A program made the translations under genes and the position numbers. This document shows positions 62,662-64,000 of a stretch of 64,000 nt of DNA, in pieces (position 1 is the first letter of the stretch; the number at the start of each line of letters is the position of its first letter). This stretch comes from Amphiscolops sp. MND2022 (lineage: Eukaryota), in assembly GCA_964187785.1 (NCBI GenBank), contig OZ076416.1:41478001-41542000 (forward strand). Reading direction: 5' to 3'. The notes below the pieces were generated by a model, which did no database searches, was not told the origin of the DNA, and saw nothing but the letters and a program-made list of their open reading frames with translations.

Positions 62662-64000
62662 ATGCCCGAAAAGTCACAGAAAAGAAAGTTAAGGAGTGAC
62701 CAAGGGACTAGCCAAGAGGAAGTTGAGAATTGTAATGTCTCAAATGACGAAAATGTTAGCCTCTCTGAACAAGATTTCGAAGATATCTCCAATAAAATAG
62801 AGAATCGTCTGTCCAAACGTTTAAGAGACACTGAATTCGGACAGAGAGAAATTCTGAGGTTGATCGAGAACTTAGCATCAAAAGTGGACAACCTGTCCAA
62901 TTCTGTCTCAGAACAGTGTAGTTCTGCTGTACATTTCGAACTGGAAACGGACCCGATAGAAAATACAGGAAACGAAAGTATTAATAGGAACGCGAGTTCC
63001 AACATGGTGACAGGAGTTTCAGCGAACCAGCAAGAAAGCGCCCACCAGAGATCATCAAGCCTGCCGCCTCCAAACCAGAGGTACCCTGATGACTTCATTG
63101 ACAAACTCTTACACTCGCTGCAAACGGCAACGACGCACAACACCGGAATACCCAGGCTGCCCAAAGCCATGTCCACCACGATGCCCACATTTGATGGAAA
63201 AACGGACAAGTTTGAACACTTTGAGGATCTATTTCAAACAAGTCTGAAAGTGTACCCGAATATCACAGAAGAGGAGAAAATTCATTATTTCCACTCTCTC
63301 CTGAGAGGCGAAGCACTACAAACGTTCAGGAACATGACCGACGCAACTCGAGAACACCTGAACGACATCCTCGCAGGCTTCCGCCGACGGTATGTCAGAC
63401 AACAGTCAGTAGCAACAGCACGCTGCAAATGGGAAAATCTGGCGTTCAACCCAAGCCAACAAACATTCCCAGACTTCCTAGAACAGTATCAAAAGTTAGC
63501 ACAAGAAGCTTACGGGGAGGACGCCCCTCGTTTCATAGAAACCTCCTTTTATGCTAAAATGCCCCCCCATCTCAAGAAGGTCCTAAACCAGGCCAGACTC
63601 GAGACAGAATCATACGAAACAATGGTCCAGCACTTGGAACGAGAAATCGAACTCAATGGACTCGCCACTACTGACAGCACATCAATAACCGGGATACACA
63701 ACATTGAACCCTCCCTACAACAACAACCACAACAGAATAAACCCCCCAAAACAACGGGAACATGCTTTGGGTGCGGCAATCCGGGACACCTACTACGAAA
63801 TTGCCGCAAAACCAATAGGGACAAACGATCCCAAAGAAACAATACCACAGCACAAGCCTCACCGTGCGAGACATGCGGCAAAATGAGCCACGAGACAAAG
63901 GACTGTTATTCAGGTGCGAATTGGGAAAACCGTCCCACGTGGTGGAAAACGCCCAAAACAACGCCACCCAACAACATCCCCATCGCCCAACATCCACAAA
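62662..64000 (+). CDS. gag: Intact Gypsy Gag with an LTR-encoded N-terminal extension, open to the window edge (at least 446 codons); absent from the ORF track
   Basis: Hand translation has no stop: MPEKSQKRKLRS...ASSN|MVTGV...PTFDGKTDKFEHFEDLF...CFGCGNPGHLLRNC...CETCGKMSHETKDC. Confidence 0.9.
   Translation, partial: MPEKSQKRKLRSDQGTSQEEVENCNVSNDENVSLSEQDFEDISNKIENRLSKRLRDTEFGQREILRLIENLASKVDNLSNSVSEQCSSAVHFELETDPIENTGNESINRNASSNMVTGVSANQQESAHQRSSSLPPPNQRYPDDFIDKLLHSLQTATTHNTGIPRLPKAMSTTMPTFDGKTDKFEHFEDLFQTSLKVYPNITEEEKIHYFHSLLRGEALQTFRNMTDATREHLNDILAGFRRRYVRQQSVATARCKWENLAFNPSQQTFPDFLEQYQKLAQEAYGEDAPRFIETSFYAKMPPHLKKVLNQARLETESYETMVQHLEREIELNGLATTDSTSITGIHNIEPSLQQQPQQNKPPKTTGTCFGCGNPGHLLRNCRKTNRDKRSQRNNTTAQASPCETCGKMSHETKDCYSGANWENRPTWWKTPKTTPPNNIPIAQHPQ
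63005..63017 (+). promoter_or_regulatory. PBS, tRNA-Leu-like (TGGTGACAGGAGT), lying inside the gag ORF
   Basis: Follows ...TTCCAACA directly. One mismatch to TGGTGTCAGGAGT, the complement of a tRNA-Leu 3' end. Confidence 0.7.

Noticed and set aside
61108-63004. A single 1.9-kb + strand LTR (TGTCGCG...CCAACA) for the gag element
   Set aside because: 61108-61269 is better explained as a - strand LTR with its own PPT at 61270-61281. The 5' end of the + strand LTR is unresolved; TGTTGAAA at 62521 is one candidate.

Overview
AT-rich, intron-containing eukaryotic DNA, most likely from an invertebrate animal (inference from BEL/Pao elements plus ShKT- and F-type-lectin-like exons), and made mostly of transposable elements. 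Three LTR elements have both LTRs and a target-site duplication (TSD): a Gypsy element (49-5653, -), a Copia element (42284-47538, +) and a BEL/Pao element (52337-61102, -). There is also a degraded BEL/Pao element (23169-30864, -), several Gypsy pol remnants, a CR1/L2-type LINE remnant, a decayed hAT-like transposase, tandem arrays and a 200-N scaffold gap. A host gene absent from the ORF track can be spliced together by hand: signal peptide, ShKT-like exon, and two exons of an F-type-lectin-fold domain that lacks the fucose-binding residues. The most unusual signal is a Gypsy lineage whose Gag ORF begins about 114 codons inside the LTR and reads through the LTR end and the primer-binding site (PBS). 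Three other, orphan LTR-like segments carry basic + coiled-coil ORF stubs of similar architecture that break off at a terminal ACA in the same codon phase. No tools were used; identities and family assignments are by eye.
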